Source: Nymphaea colorata (taxonomy: Eukaryota). From it: a DNA stretch of 64,000 nt. The position numbers were made by a program, and so were the translations under genes. The notes under the pieces are model-generated. The model worked only from the letters and a program-made list of their open reading frames with translations, did not search any database and had not been told where the DNA came from. Below, one piece after another: positions 44,478 through 55,824 of the stretch; the stretch's first letter is position 1, and every line of letters starts with the position of its first letter. The stretch is from contig NC_045138.2 in NCBI RefSeq assembly GCF_008831285.2, positions 248,001 to 312,000 on the forward strand, written 5' to 3'.

Positions 44478-46626
44478 AAATATTTTATCGCATTACAAGA
44501 AACCCTAATATCAAGTCCAGGCACCTCGCTAATGGGATCTGGATTTTCTCACCAGATCCAATTACTTTGGATCAAATTAAATTGCATCTGAAGCATTGAC
44601 ATCCCAGATCTTGAAATCTTGGAGGTTCAAGATCAAGCTTTTGGATCTCCACATTGGCCGTAGGATTGTCTACATATATATATATATATATATATGCACC
44701 GATTACATCACAAACTTTGTAATTGATACATCTCCAATATGTTGATGTCAAGTCAGAACTGAGACTGAGGCCCTCAAGCCTTGCTATTTTTATTAGAGAT
44801 CCACTCATTTAGAGGGTGCTTGGTAACAGGAATGCTATTGAAACCCACTGTTCCATTTATCCTTTTTTTTTGTTTGTTTTTACAACACATTAATTTCGGG
44901 AACAGTATGGTCCAAAGAAAGAAGCAATCCTATTACCAAACATAAAATGTTTATCAACATAAAAGGATTTGCTAACATAAAAAGATTTCCTATAACCACA
45001 GATAAAACTTTGTAGGATAATACCGGGTCCAACTAATTAACTCGGATCCGATCTGTTTGTGCATGGGCCCATGCTTGGACGTGGGTCCAACAAAATGCTC
45101 GACATATTGCATTTTTGCCATTTTCTGGGAGATTAATTTTTTTTAGTCTGCCTAAATTTTTTTTTAATGTACTTTGTGGTTGAGGGGCCAAAATGCTTCT
45201 GTAAATTATTCGTGGACATAAGGAAATAGTTTCGAAATTAATGTCATCTCAGATTCTCAAAAAATCTCTGGGGAGATAATTTTAATAATGCATAAACTAT
45301 ATATTTAAATAATATATAACCATTAACTTGTCCAGCAACATTTTCTTAAAAAAAAACACATATCACGTATAGTTGACTTGTAAATGGCAACAAATCAACC
45401 TAAACTTTGTTTAATTAATTAATTTATTTAAAAGAGAGGAAATAGTTTCGTTGTATATTGTAATTTACAATATGTTCTTTGTCCAAATGAGTACGCGTTC
45501 CAGAAGTTTCCTATATATTCATGTGAATTGTTGAAATTCCTTATATAAGGAAAAAAGAAAATATATGTAGTTAGAAACAAATTTTAAAATTAAGGTAAAA
45601 GAAAAGAAGATGGAAGTTTTAAAAAGGCCAAACCTATTTAACGTGACCGTATTTAAAAGCTACAAGCCGTCAATTCCTTCACCTCATGACCACTAAATCA
45701 GACCACCTATCAAAGAAAATGGATGGCTGAGATGAAACCGATACTTGGTTCAGCCCACCTTCGCCCTTTTTTGTTGCACATAAAAAAAACCATTGGGTTT
45801 GCAAATAGGTGCAAGTCCATGGGTCAGGTTTTGGGCTGAATACGTGTCTCTTCCGTTCTTAACTTAATCGGATCTAATTTACCTAATTTTGTTTGGGTTC
45901 AAGCTTGATTTTAATTGAAGTTTACTCCCAGCTTAAGTTTCTAAATTTTACTTTTAATCAAGTTTTGTAACACCCCAAAAGTTGTATATTTAAAATTTGG
46001 ATTTGGATTCTGATGCAAGAATAAAACAATACAACAGTCATTAGATTTAGTAGCGCAGAAAATTTAACAGTTTCTTCAGTTGTGTTCAAATATCAATTCA
46101 AATCCAAATATGTGAACGTCCCATGAATTAGTTAGGGTTAGAACACCTCCAGCTCAAATTTAATTGTTGGTATCCCAAAATTTGAATTAATTTCCAAATC
46201 TACCCGTTTGGGGCCCTAATTACAAACAGAAGCTTTTGAACCAATCTCGAACGCTATATGCATTCAGTCATTGATTGCTTCGGACTACGAGCAATTGACT
46301 CATTAAAGACAAGCCCAAAAAGCATTATGTTTCGCTTGATTTAGAAAAAGTAATCACCAAATATAATTGATTTAATTATTAATGTCTTCTTCATTAACAT
46401 ATGCATTTGAGAGGTTATAGTTGGGACAAGTAGAACCGTCCTGACCACACCTTGAATAAATAAGGGATGGGAATTGGGGTGAAGCCGGCAATTTATGGAT
46501 AATAGTAAATTTTTAACAATTCATTTCTCTCGCTCTCTTTCTCTCTCTAACACGTTGAAAGAAAAACATCTGAACCGAAATTCACTACCCTCTCTGGCCA
46601 CTGACGTAGAGAAGCCATTGTTCTAC
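44478..46626 (+). pseudogene. Orphan duplicate of the polygalacturonase upstream region and first codons
   Basis: Colinear high similarity to 58017-60258. Ends GAC GTA GAG AAG CCA TTG TTC TAC versus GAC ATG GAG AAG CCG TTG TTC TAT in the polygalacturonase gene; the start codon is lost at 46606. Confidence 0.85.
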
Positions 46627-46826
46627 TCTTCACTTCATTAAACCTAATATCCAGATATATTTGAATTTTGGAAAATAAATAACATTGTACCAAATCTTAG
46701 AATGTTAATGAAGTGTTTGTTTCACAAAATTTGATAGATGAAGGCTATAGAATTAAACCAAAAAAATCTGACATAATTACCAATTAATTATGTGAATATT
46801 GGAAAATAACGATACCATAGCCTTAA

Positions 46827-47056
46827 GGGGCATAGCGTAGCTGGTCGGGCTAGAGGCTTGCAGGTCTCTATTTTGATTCCCATGGGTGTTATGTTTCTAT
46901 GTCTTAAGGCGGTAGGGCGCGACATCCAAGTTGAAGGGTGTCCCGTTCTCACTGACACCAACGCAGCTCAGGACCCCGGAGGCAGGGGGAATGGGGGGGG
47001 GGGGCCTTCGGGCGTCGCTTCTGGCGGTGGGATTGACACTCTCGCTCACTCGAAAA
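46827..47056 (+). mobile_element. Putative tRNA-derived SINE
   Basis: tRNA-like head GGGGCATAGCGTAGCTGGT with an A-box (46833-46844), a degenerate B-box ATTTTGATTCCC (46870-46881), a GC-rich body and a short A tail. It is not seen at the homologous position near 56293-56700. Confidence 0.55.
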
Positions 47057-47729
47057 CTTTTGGCATCGCTTGTTTTATAAGGAAGCAGGTCACAAATACC
47101 AAAACACATAATGATCAATTGTAAAATCAAAATTCAAGACTATCAAACACAAAGGGTAACTAGAATTGGAAATTTCATTCCAATTCTAGTTGGAGGTGGA
47201 CTTTCTTTTCCAGAATTTTAGTTCTAATATCAAAATTCAAGGTCCTCAAATGCCCCCTAAGGTTAGTCCTCTAAGGATTTCCAAAAAGTGTTTATGGCAT
47301 CATTGAAGGTGGTTGGGAAGAGGTGGCGATTCAGTTCTTTCTAAGCAGGGCCAAATTGTTGAAAAATTCTTCCATGCACACTTGATAAGGGTGCATTCTA
47401 AGAGGTCGTTTGATGGCCATGGAATGCGTGGAACAGAACATATGCATTCCGTTTACATGATTTTCAAATCAAACACTGCATCAACGGATCAGATTCAAAT
47501 TGGATATACGGTCAGTTATATCTACTTTTTTAGATAATCATATATTCGGATTCAAATGGGAATAAAGAAAAGTCATATCCGAATAAATCTAATTTGATCG
47601 TCTAATTGACAACAAACCACAGCAAATCTTAATTTTGAATCTAAGTGTTTGAACTTCTAATAAATCGAATATGATAATACTGTAAATTTGGTTTGAATTT
47701 GATGCAACAGAGTGTCTTTTGTCTCAAAT

Positions 47730-48150
47730 CAGAAAGCCCAAAGTGCAGGAAAGACCATCTCACTTTGCCATAAGCTTTTGAAATATCTAATTTGAGGAGA
47801 AAAAATTGTTCTATATGCCCTTATCCAAGCTGTTGTCGCTTCAAGAGCAAGGTGCTTGGATGAAATATATTGGGGAGATAAGATGCCATTGTTCTCGGCC
47901 AATAATTGTGCTAAAACAATCTTCATTCTCTCAGCCGTGAACTTAGCAACTACCTCACAAGCTTGTTTGTGATGAAGAAATTTCTCACCACTCGAGCCGC
48001 ATTGTTTGCATCCCAAAATTTCTTTTGGTTCACCAATGAGAACTTGCTTTGCAAAGTGGAAAAGGGTCTATTGGCCGTCAGTGTGAGACCTAGTTTTTCT
48101 GGTGCTTTGTTCATTCTTGGTGCATTTTCACATTCATTTAAGTATTATCC
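47730..48150 (-). mobile_element. Duplicate of the LINE remnant at 33914-34400
   Basis: AGAAAGCCCAAAGTGCAG.AAAGACCATCTCACTTTG… is shared with 33914 onward. The following flanks (48159-48497) match 34930-35073. Confidence 0.75.
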
Positions 48151-48314
48151 ACCATCTAAAAAGAAAATTAGATAAGTCATTCATACCACAACATACATAT
48201 AAAATAAAAAATGAGTATGCTATCAAGCCAAGTATAGTTTGATAACCATCATGTGTACTGCACTGTAATATTGGCCTTCGTGAAGTCAAGAGATTTTAGG
48301 TCAAGCAAAATTGG

Positions 48315-48394
<80 letters not shown>

Positions 48395-48609
48395 AGTCTA
48401 AAGGGGAAGAGAAAGGAGAGCGGAGAAGAGGGTGGACAAGAGCGGGTCCATTTGACCTCATAATGGCACCTCTAATGTGAAGATCAACACTGATCCTAAA
48501 TACCTTCAGAATAACACCCTCTAAAAATCAAACTGAAGCCGTTGCTATAGCACGCCACCTAATCCGAACGTTGCTCTACACATCACTTGGTAAACCGGAG
48601 TGGGGGGGT

Positions 48610-48875
48610 AGGGAGAGAAAGAAAGAGAAATCAAAGAGAAAAAAAATAAAAGAAAAAGAGAGAGATAGAAAGAGAAATCGAAGAGAGAACAATTTCATAG
48701 GAGGGAAAGAAAGAGAAATCAAAGAGAAAATTATTAAAAGGAAAAAGAGAGAGATAGAAAGAGAAATCGAAGAGAGAACAGTTTCATAGGAGAGAAAGAA
48801 AGAGAAATCAAAGAGAAAACAATAAAAGAAAAAAGAGAGAGATAGAAAGAGAAATCTAAGAGAGAACAATTTCAT
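48610..48875. repeat. GA-rich ~90-bp tandem repeat, three copies
   Basis: Repeated GAAAGAAAGAGAAATCAAAGAGAAAA…AGAGAGATAGAAAGAGAAATCGAAGAGAGAACAATTTCATAGG. Confidence 0.85.
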
Positions 48876-50087
48876 CAGGACATAACTATTATTTCAAAAA
48901 ACTCCATATGTACATTGGAATGCCTTTGACTGATAAAAAGTTTCTCATCAGTTTCACTTTCACTTTGTTGTGTTTGTGAATCTCAGTAGTTATAAGGTGA
49001 TCCGATTTAGATCTGACTCGTCACATGTTGTTCAATTTGATTCTGAATTGTCAGATTTCTATTCGAACACAGAAAGTAGATAACTATGCAGAAACTTTAA
49101 CATGTTATTGGAAAATCAAATATTTATCGGACTAAAAGAAACCCAAATATCAAGTGTACGTACTTGCTAATGGGATTTGGATTTTCTTACCAGATCCAAT
49201 TACTTAGGATCCAATTAAATTGCATGTCAACCATTGACATCCCAGATCTTGAAATATCGGAGGTTCAACATCAAGTCTGTGGATCTCCACATTGACCTTA
49301 GGATTGTCTACAAAGAAAAAAAAAAAAAAAGTGTGGATTATGTCACAAAATGTGTAGTTGATACATCACAAGTCAGAACTCAGACCCCTGCCCTCAAGCC
49401 TTGCTTTTTATTGGAGATCCACTTATTGAGAGGGTTTTTTTTTTTTTTTTTTTTTGCACAAGCAAGTAAATAGAAAAATTAATTAAAAATGTTTAAAAGT
49501 CATTAACAGTACATATGCAGTGAAAATAGGTAATTGTTTATTCTTAATAATGTATACAACACGTTTAATTTTACAATAATATAATTATACAATTTTATGA
49601 CGTTATCTGCATTTAATTATTAGTAAAAATGCAATAGAATCAAATTAAAAATTAAACATTATCATCTTTAATTCAGAGGGGAAGGGGCGTCCAGTTTTTT
49701 TGACTTGGCTATACTGTACTAATGACACAAGCAACGTATCTTGTTTTTCTTCTCATTAGCTCAAAGCACCCTATTCTTTAAGGACAACGAATCTCTTCTC
49801 GAGTAAAAGAAGAACATCAAAGTATCTAGCAAATCTTTAGTAAAGAAGAACTTTATTTTTTTTTTTAGTATGAAGAATCTTTATTTAGGGGTAGAGCTAA
49901 GGATGTCGATGGATCCAATATCCGACTTAATTTGGCATGCAAAGAAAAAAAATTGACATCCGATTAAGAAATTGGATGTATTTGGATTTAAAAAATGCAA
50001 CTATATCAGATTTGGATTTGAATTTATATGCAAATGTAAAGAACTTTTAAAACTTTCAAAATTTATATGTAAATGTAAAAAATTAAG

Positions 50088-50146
<59 letters not shown>

Positions 50147-52507
50147 GAAAATTTTTATTTTGTTCCCTGCTAAAATTTTGAAACTATAGTTTGACCCCTA
50201 CAACAAAAAAATTTCTGGCTTTGCCCCTGCTTTCACATATGAAAATATAGTATGCATTTCATTGTATAATTAAAAGTTGGATTCAGACTTGGATCATGTT
50301 AAAATGAAAATCAGATATCGGACCGGATCTGGACTGTAAATTTTAAAATTGGATTCACATTTATTTTTTCTTTCATTGATATTCAAATCTAAATACGTGA
50401 ACCTCTGATAATCGAATAGGGTAATGCCATACATTCAGTTCGAATCTGATCTGATGGGGTATCTTTCTTTTGCCGGCCATACGCCACGCAAGGTCGGGGA
50501 GAGAATGGGACTGCCTTTTAGAAAGATACAAAAGACAGCACATCTTCCCTTCCGTTTGTCGCGTTGACGATTTGTCCTTGTGAAGAGAGATTTTGTCTGA
50601 GATCAAGAAAGAGCAGTAGTTGTGAGGAGCTTCAGCCTGCTCATCCGGTAAGAGAAAGTATTTCTTCTTCTTGCTTCTCTTACCTTGTTTCATTAATCGA
50701 TTGCCATTCTCCCCGTCTCTTGATTAGTCTAATTCCAAATTCATATTTTTGGAGGCCAATTGATAAACAAATTGATCCAAACCTTGTGTCTGTAAACATC
50801 ATTTTTTTTCATCAAAATTAATAAATTTAATAACCATATGATTAAAGCAAATCGATTAATCATATCTCATTAGTTTATCTTACAAGAACATTTATTTACT
50901 TAATGTATAGAAAGAAAACAGAGGGCTTCAAAAGTCAGCTATTTATAGTATATCAGTATCCATTGAGCTAAAAATAGTTTTATGTTTCAGAAAAATTGAA
51001 TTATATTAACGCATGATATTGAGATCATGCAGTGGCCAGGTCCGATATTTCTTGCTAAGGGGCAGTAATACTTCACTTGAAACTTCTAACAGGCAACCAA
51101 TTAGGGATGTCAATGGATCTAATACTTCACTTGGAACTGGAATTTGACATTCCAATTCTAATGTGGGAAGGACATTTTTCATTAATTTATTAAAACATAA
51201 GCAAGACATTTTTCCAATTAGTAAATTTGTCCCCATAGCAATTTAGTGTCTCATTTATAGAAAATATATGTTAAAGTAATTTTCATGAAATAAAAATTAT
51301 TTTGTCAATTTATTGTTCTTTTAGAAAATGTAAGTGCATTTTATACTCTTCAAAATATTAGTCACAATATACAAAGAACTTAAAGTAAACTCATCATTTT
51401 CTCTCTCACTATATGTACGCACTATAAATTTAGCTACTATATCTAACATTTTTATTCTTTTTTCATTTGTCAAATCAAGTTAAACTATTCAAGAACATTA
51501 CCTAAAGCTTTTCAATATCAACAATATTGGGATACGTTTCTATTTTTCGTTTTTCTTATAAATTACATTTTCCCACATGTTTAATAATCTAAATGGCCCT
51601 TCTAAGAATTTTCAAACTATTAGAACATTGATTAGGAAATATGTGTTTCTCTTCAATTGCTGTGGGAACAAATTTATTAACTGAAAAATGTCATTCTCAT
51701 ATCTTAATAAATACTGAATAAGTGAGCATGAACATTTTGCCCTTTTTAAGGGGTAGTTTGGCTGCAGGGACACATTGTGAATGTTCCATGAATCTGCCCA
51801 AAAAAATGAAAAAAGGTTCACTGAACAATATTTCTCCTGTCCAATGAACATTCTATTATGATGGGCAGTGAATGATTTCGTTTCATAAACTAATTGGATA
51901 TGTTCATTAATCCATTTGCATCCTACCTCGCTATATAGTTGTAAAGGAGGCCCTGAGAAACCAGCAAGAAATCTTAGCATGCATGTCCACTGGAATCTGG
52001 TATCCATCGGATCCAGTTACCGAACTGTACCAAATCTGAATTGGATTACCAATAAGATTTGTTTTGCTTATTCTTCTTTTGGAGTTTTTTTTTTTTAAGA
52101 ACTCTCTTCTGTTTTCGACATCTCATTCTAACAGGAAAATTTGGGTTCCAAAGAACACAGTGTTCCTATTATCAAACACACTGTGTTCTTGTTGCTATTC
52201 CTTCTTGTACACTTCCAGGCCTAAAAGTTAGAACACTTAAGGCTGTACCATAGAATTTGTTCTTATTGATGTGCAGCTTTGTGATTAAGTGGAAAAGTTT
52301 AAGTTGTTTGCTCACTTAACTTAAAACACTAAAAAGAATATCTCGGTTCTACAGGACAATCATACCCCACTTTGTATCGCAAGAAAAACCAATCTTCCTT
52401 TTGACTTGAACTGTAGTAATTTTACAGTTGTACTCTTTCTTGTTTTTCCACTCCTCTTGAAAATTTCTGTTCCTCTTGCTCTTGCATCTACTGAAAAAGC
52501 AGGGAAG

Positions 52508-55500
52508 ATGGCAATAGTAATCGACGCACTTGCAGAAAAAGCTATTTCTAGTCTATTGGACGCTGTAACCAGTTTGTTGAGAGAAGAGGTGGACCTCATC
52601 TTGAATGCCAAAGATGAACTCAAGAAGCTCCAGAGGAAGCTGGAACACTTGGAGGTGTCCCTTAAGGATGTAGATCACAAGCCCTTTTTCAGCAGCGAGC
52701 GCGACAGGTATCTGGAGGGAGAGTTGAAGGACGTTTTTTACGATGCTCAGGACATCATCGAAAAATACCAAACCGAAATTAAGCTCAGCAAAAGGGAGAA
52801 CGATTCTTTAACTTCATGGAACAAGGTAAGAAAGCCCTGGATCACTCTATCCTCTTGCTTTAAGGAACATGTGCGTGCTTCCTACAAATTTTCTAATGAA
52901 ACTAAGAAAATCAATGAAAGGCTTGATGCAATAAAAAAAGATTGGGAAATGGTGGATCTACTCAAAACAACACTCAATAGAAGGTTTGAGGACCCTGTTC
53001 ATGGTGAACATGACAACTCCCGAGAGACAACCCATCACATGGGTGCACAACCACCCACAGGCAGGAAGGATGATAAAAGGGAGATAGTGAAGAGGCTCTT
53101 GTCTGACGAATCTGCACATAGTAGTATGACTAAGAAGGGAAGTGTTTCCATTATCTCTATTGTAGGAAAGGGTGGCATCGGCAAAACGACTCTTGCAAAA
53201 ATGGTTTTTAGTGAAATCGAACAACAGCTTGGGGAACGTAGGTGGTGGGTTTGTGTTTCAGAAAGGCCAAACCGTAAGGATTTATTGCAGAAAATACTAA
53301 AGGAAGTGCACAAGAAATCCAAAGAAGACATTAACGGCTCCTTGAGTGAGTTGTGCACACAATTACGGAACGAGGTCTCAAAGGAAAAATTTTTGTTGGT
53401 CCTAGATGATGTGTGGGAACTAAACTGGTGGGAAGAAGAGGTAGGGGGAACATTGATGGGGGGTGCAATGGGGAGCAAAATTTTGATTACCAGTAGAAAG
53501 AAAGATGTATCAAGGGGATGGGTGCTTATTATATGCATCCATTACCAGAACTTAGTTTCCACCAAAGTTGGGAGTTGTTTATAAAAGAGGCATTAGGAGA
53601 AGGTCAAGCCGAACGGAATTTGGAGATCCATAATGTAAGAGATGTTGGAGAGAGCATAGTCGAGAAGTGTGGTGGGTTGCCGCTTGTGATTAAGACGGTA
53701 GGGTCCATGATGCGTACCAAGCAAATAAGTAGGGAGGACTGGCAGTTCGTTGAGGATTGTAAGATATGGGAATGGAAGATGCCTGCAGCCTCAACGTCGT
53801 CGTCTGAAATAGGGGGCCATATTCTTCCTGGTCTCATACTAAGCTACGATGACTTGCCATATTATTTGAAGAGTTGTTTTGTGTATTGCTGCATTTTTCC
53901 AAAGGATTATGAGATTGAAAGGGAGAGACTGATCATACAATGGGTGCACGGATTGATTGAGGAAAAGGAAGGCAGAGATGTGGAAGCGACAGCAAGCCAA
54001 TGCATTAAAGATTTGATAAAACGATGCTTGATTGAAGAAATTGATTTAAAGAAAATCAAATTGCATGACATTTTGCATTACCTTGCCTCATATATCGGTG
54101 GAAGGGAATATAGCCATGCGTCTACTTCTCAACACACACGCCATATGTCGTTACTTGCTGCAGACAATGTAAAAGAGACCATGCATAATGCCACAGCCAC
54201 AACACATAAGTTGCGCACGTTGTTGGGTGCATCCTCGTGCCACATGACCAATTTCAATTGGTTGAGGGTGCTGTCATTGAGGGGATATAGGATGTATGAG
54301 TTGCCAAATTCCATTCAATGCCTTGCACTTCTAAAATATCTCCATCTAAGCTGGTCTAAGGTGAGAAGATTGCCCAGTTCAATCAGCAGACTCTATAACT
54401 TGCAAACATTAGATTTAAGTTATAGTAGAATTGAAGAGTTGCCCAAGGAAATAGGCGAACTGTGCAACCTGAGGTATCTTGGGCTGGAAGTTACACAGGA
54501 ATTGAAATTTATAGCAGAAGGCTTGAGGAAGCTTACCAATTTACGGACCTTGCATAGGTTCGTGGTATGCGATGACAAAAGGGGCACAAAGGGATGCAAT
54601 ATTAGGGAACTAAAAGACTTGAACAAACTGAAGGGAGAATTGTCAATAGAAGGTTTGGGAGGGAGTAGAAAAGCAATTGATCATGTAGGAAATGCTCAAT
54701 TGCTAAAGGAGAAGCATGGCATAATCAGTTTGCTATTAAACTTTGGGTTTGCGACATGTAATGACAAACAGAGCAGTGCTTCTGAACAGAGTGGTGTGCT
54801 GGAGGCATTGGAACCTCCACTTGGGCTGGAGTGCTTGAAGATAAGTGATTACAAAGGAAAGATTCCAGCTTGGCATTTGAAGACTGAGTATTATACCATG
54901 CTACATTCACTAAAGCTGGACAGTTGCTATTTATGGGAAAAACTAATATGCATTACTTCATTGAAAGCAGTATATGTCAACAATTGCCCAGCACTATGTG
55001 AAATAGCTAGCATGCCTGCCTTGGAGTCGCTGGAGGTGAAAGATTGCAGCAGCCTAGAGCAATTACCTCGTCACATGCCGTCTCTCAAGTCGTTGAAGGT
55101 GGACGATTTGCCCAACTGGGAGGGTTGGCCAGCAGGTGGATCAGGGGAAACAACACTTACTTCTATGCCTTGCTTAAGAGAGGCAGATTTTGCGAATTGT
55201 CCAAAGATGCAGACACAAGGCTTGATTTATGCGCTATCGCAACTGGCAGGGCATGAGGGTCAAGCGACTCAGCTCCAAAAGCTGTCAGTGCAGAATTGCC
55301 CAAGTGCAAGATTGGGATGGAAGTTGCTTGAGCAACTGCCTAACCTCATTGAGTTGGAGTTGGATTCAAAATCAGCAGTACTAGTGCCATCGCCATTGCC
55401 ATCACAGGTATCCACATTTCTACCTTCCCTCAAGACTCTGGAATTGAGAGACAACACGAATGTTGATGAGGAGGTCAAATGGGGAAGGTTGCCTCAGTGG

Positions 55501-55824
55501 GTGTGGGGTCTCTCTCAACTGGAGTACTTGAGCCTAGATTCTTTCTCTGAGGAGATCAGCTTGGGAGGCCACTGGCAATGCCTCCCCAAACTGAGAAGGC
55601 TATGGCTTCATGACTTCCCCAATCTGAAGTCTGTGGTGGAGGTGAATAATAATATTACTGCCCAACAACAACAAAATGGAACAACATGTCCCTCCGATGC
55701 ACAGCAACAACAGATCGCCTGCCTCTCCAACCTTCAATCGTTGTGGATTGTTAATTGTCCAGCACTCGATCTGCCGCAGGAGTTAAGGGACCGTCTTGGA
55801 GGAAGAATGATAAAAGTTCTCTAA
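52508..55824 (+). CDS. CC-NB-ARC-LRR (CNL) disease-resistance protein NLR-B, ~1105 aa, with one -1 frameshift at ~53514 (pseudogene or assembly error)
   Basis: ATG at 52508 (MAIVIDALAEKAISSLL), Rx-CC EDVID-like FYDAQDIIEKY, GKGGIGKTT, LLVLDDVW, GSKILITSR, GLPL, CFVYCCIFP, LHD, LRRs to TAA at 55824. Intronless. The two ORFs join if one base is added in TCAAGGGGATG. Confidence 0.9.

Noticed and set aside
52406..52507. Hydrophobic N-terminal extension on the NLR-B ORF that looks like a signal peptide
   Set aside because: It starts at a non-ATG codon and is the translation of a pyrimidine-rich, acceptor-like region. The true start is the ATG at 52508, matching NLR-A.
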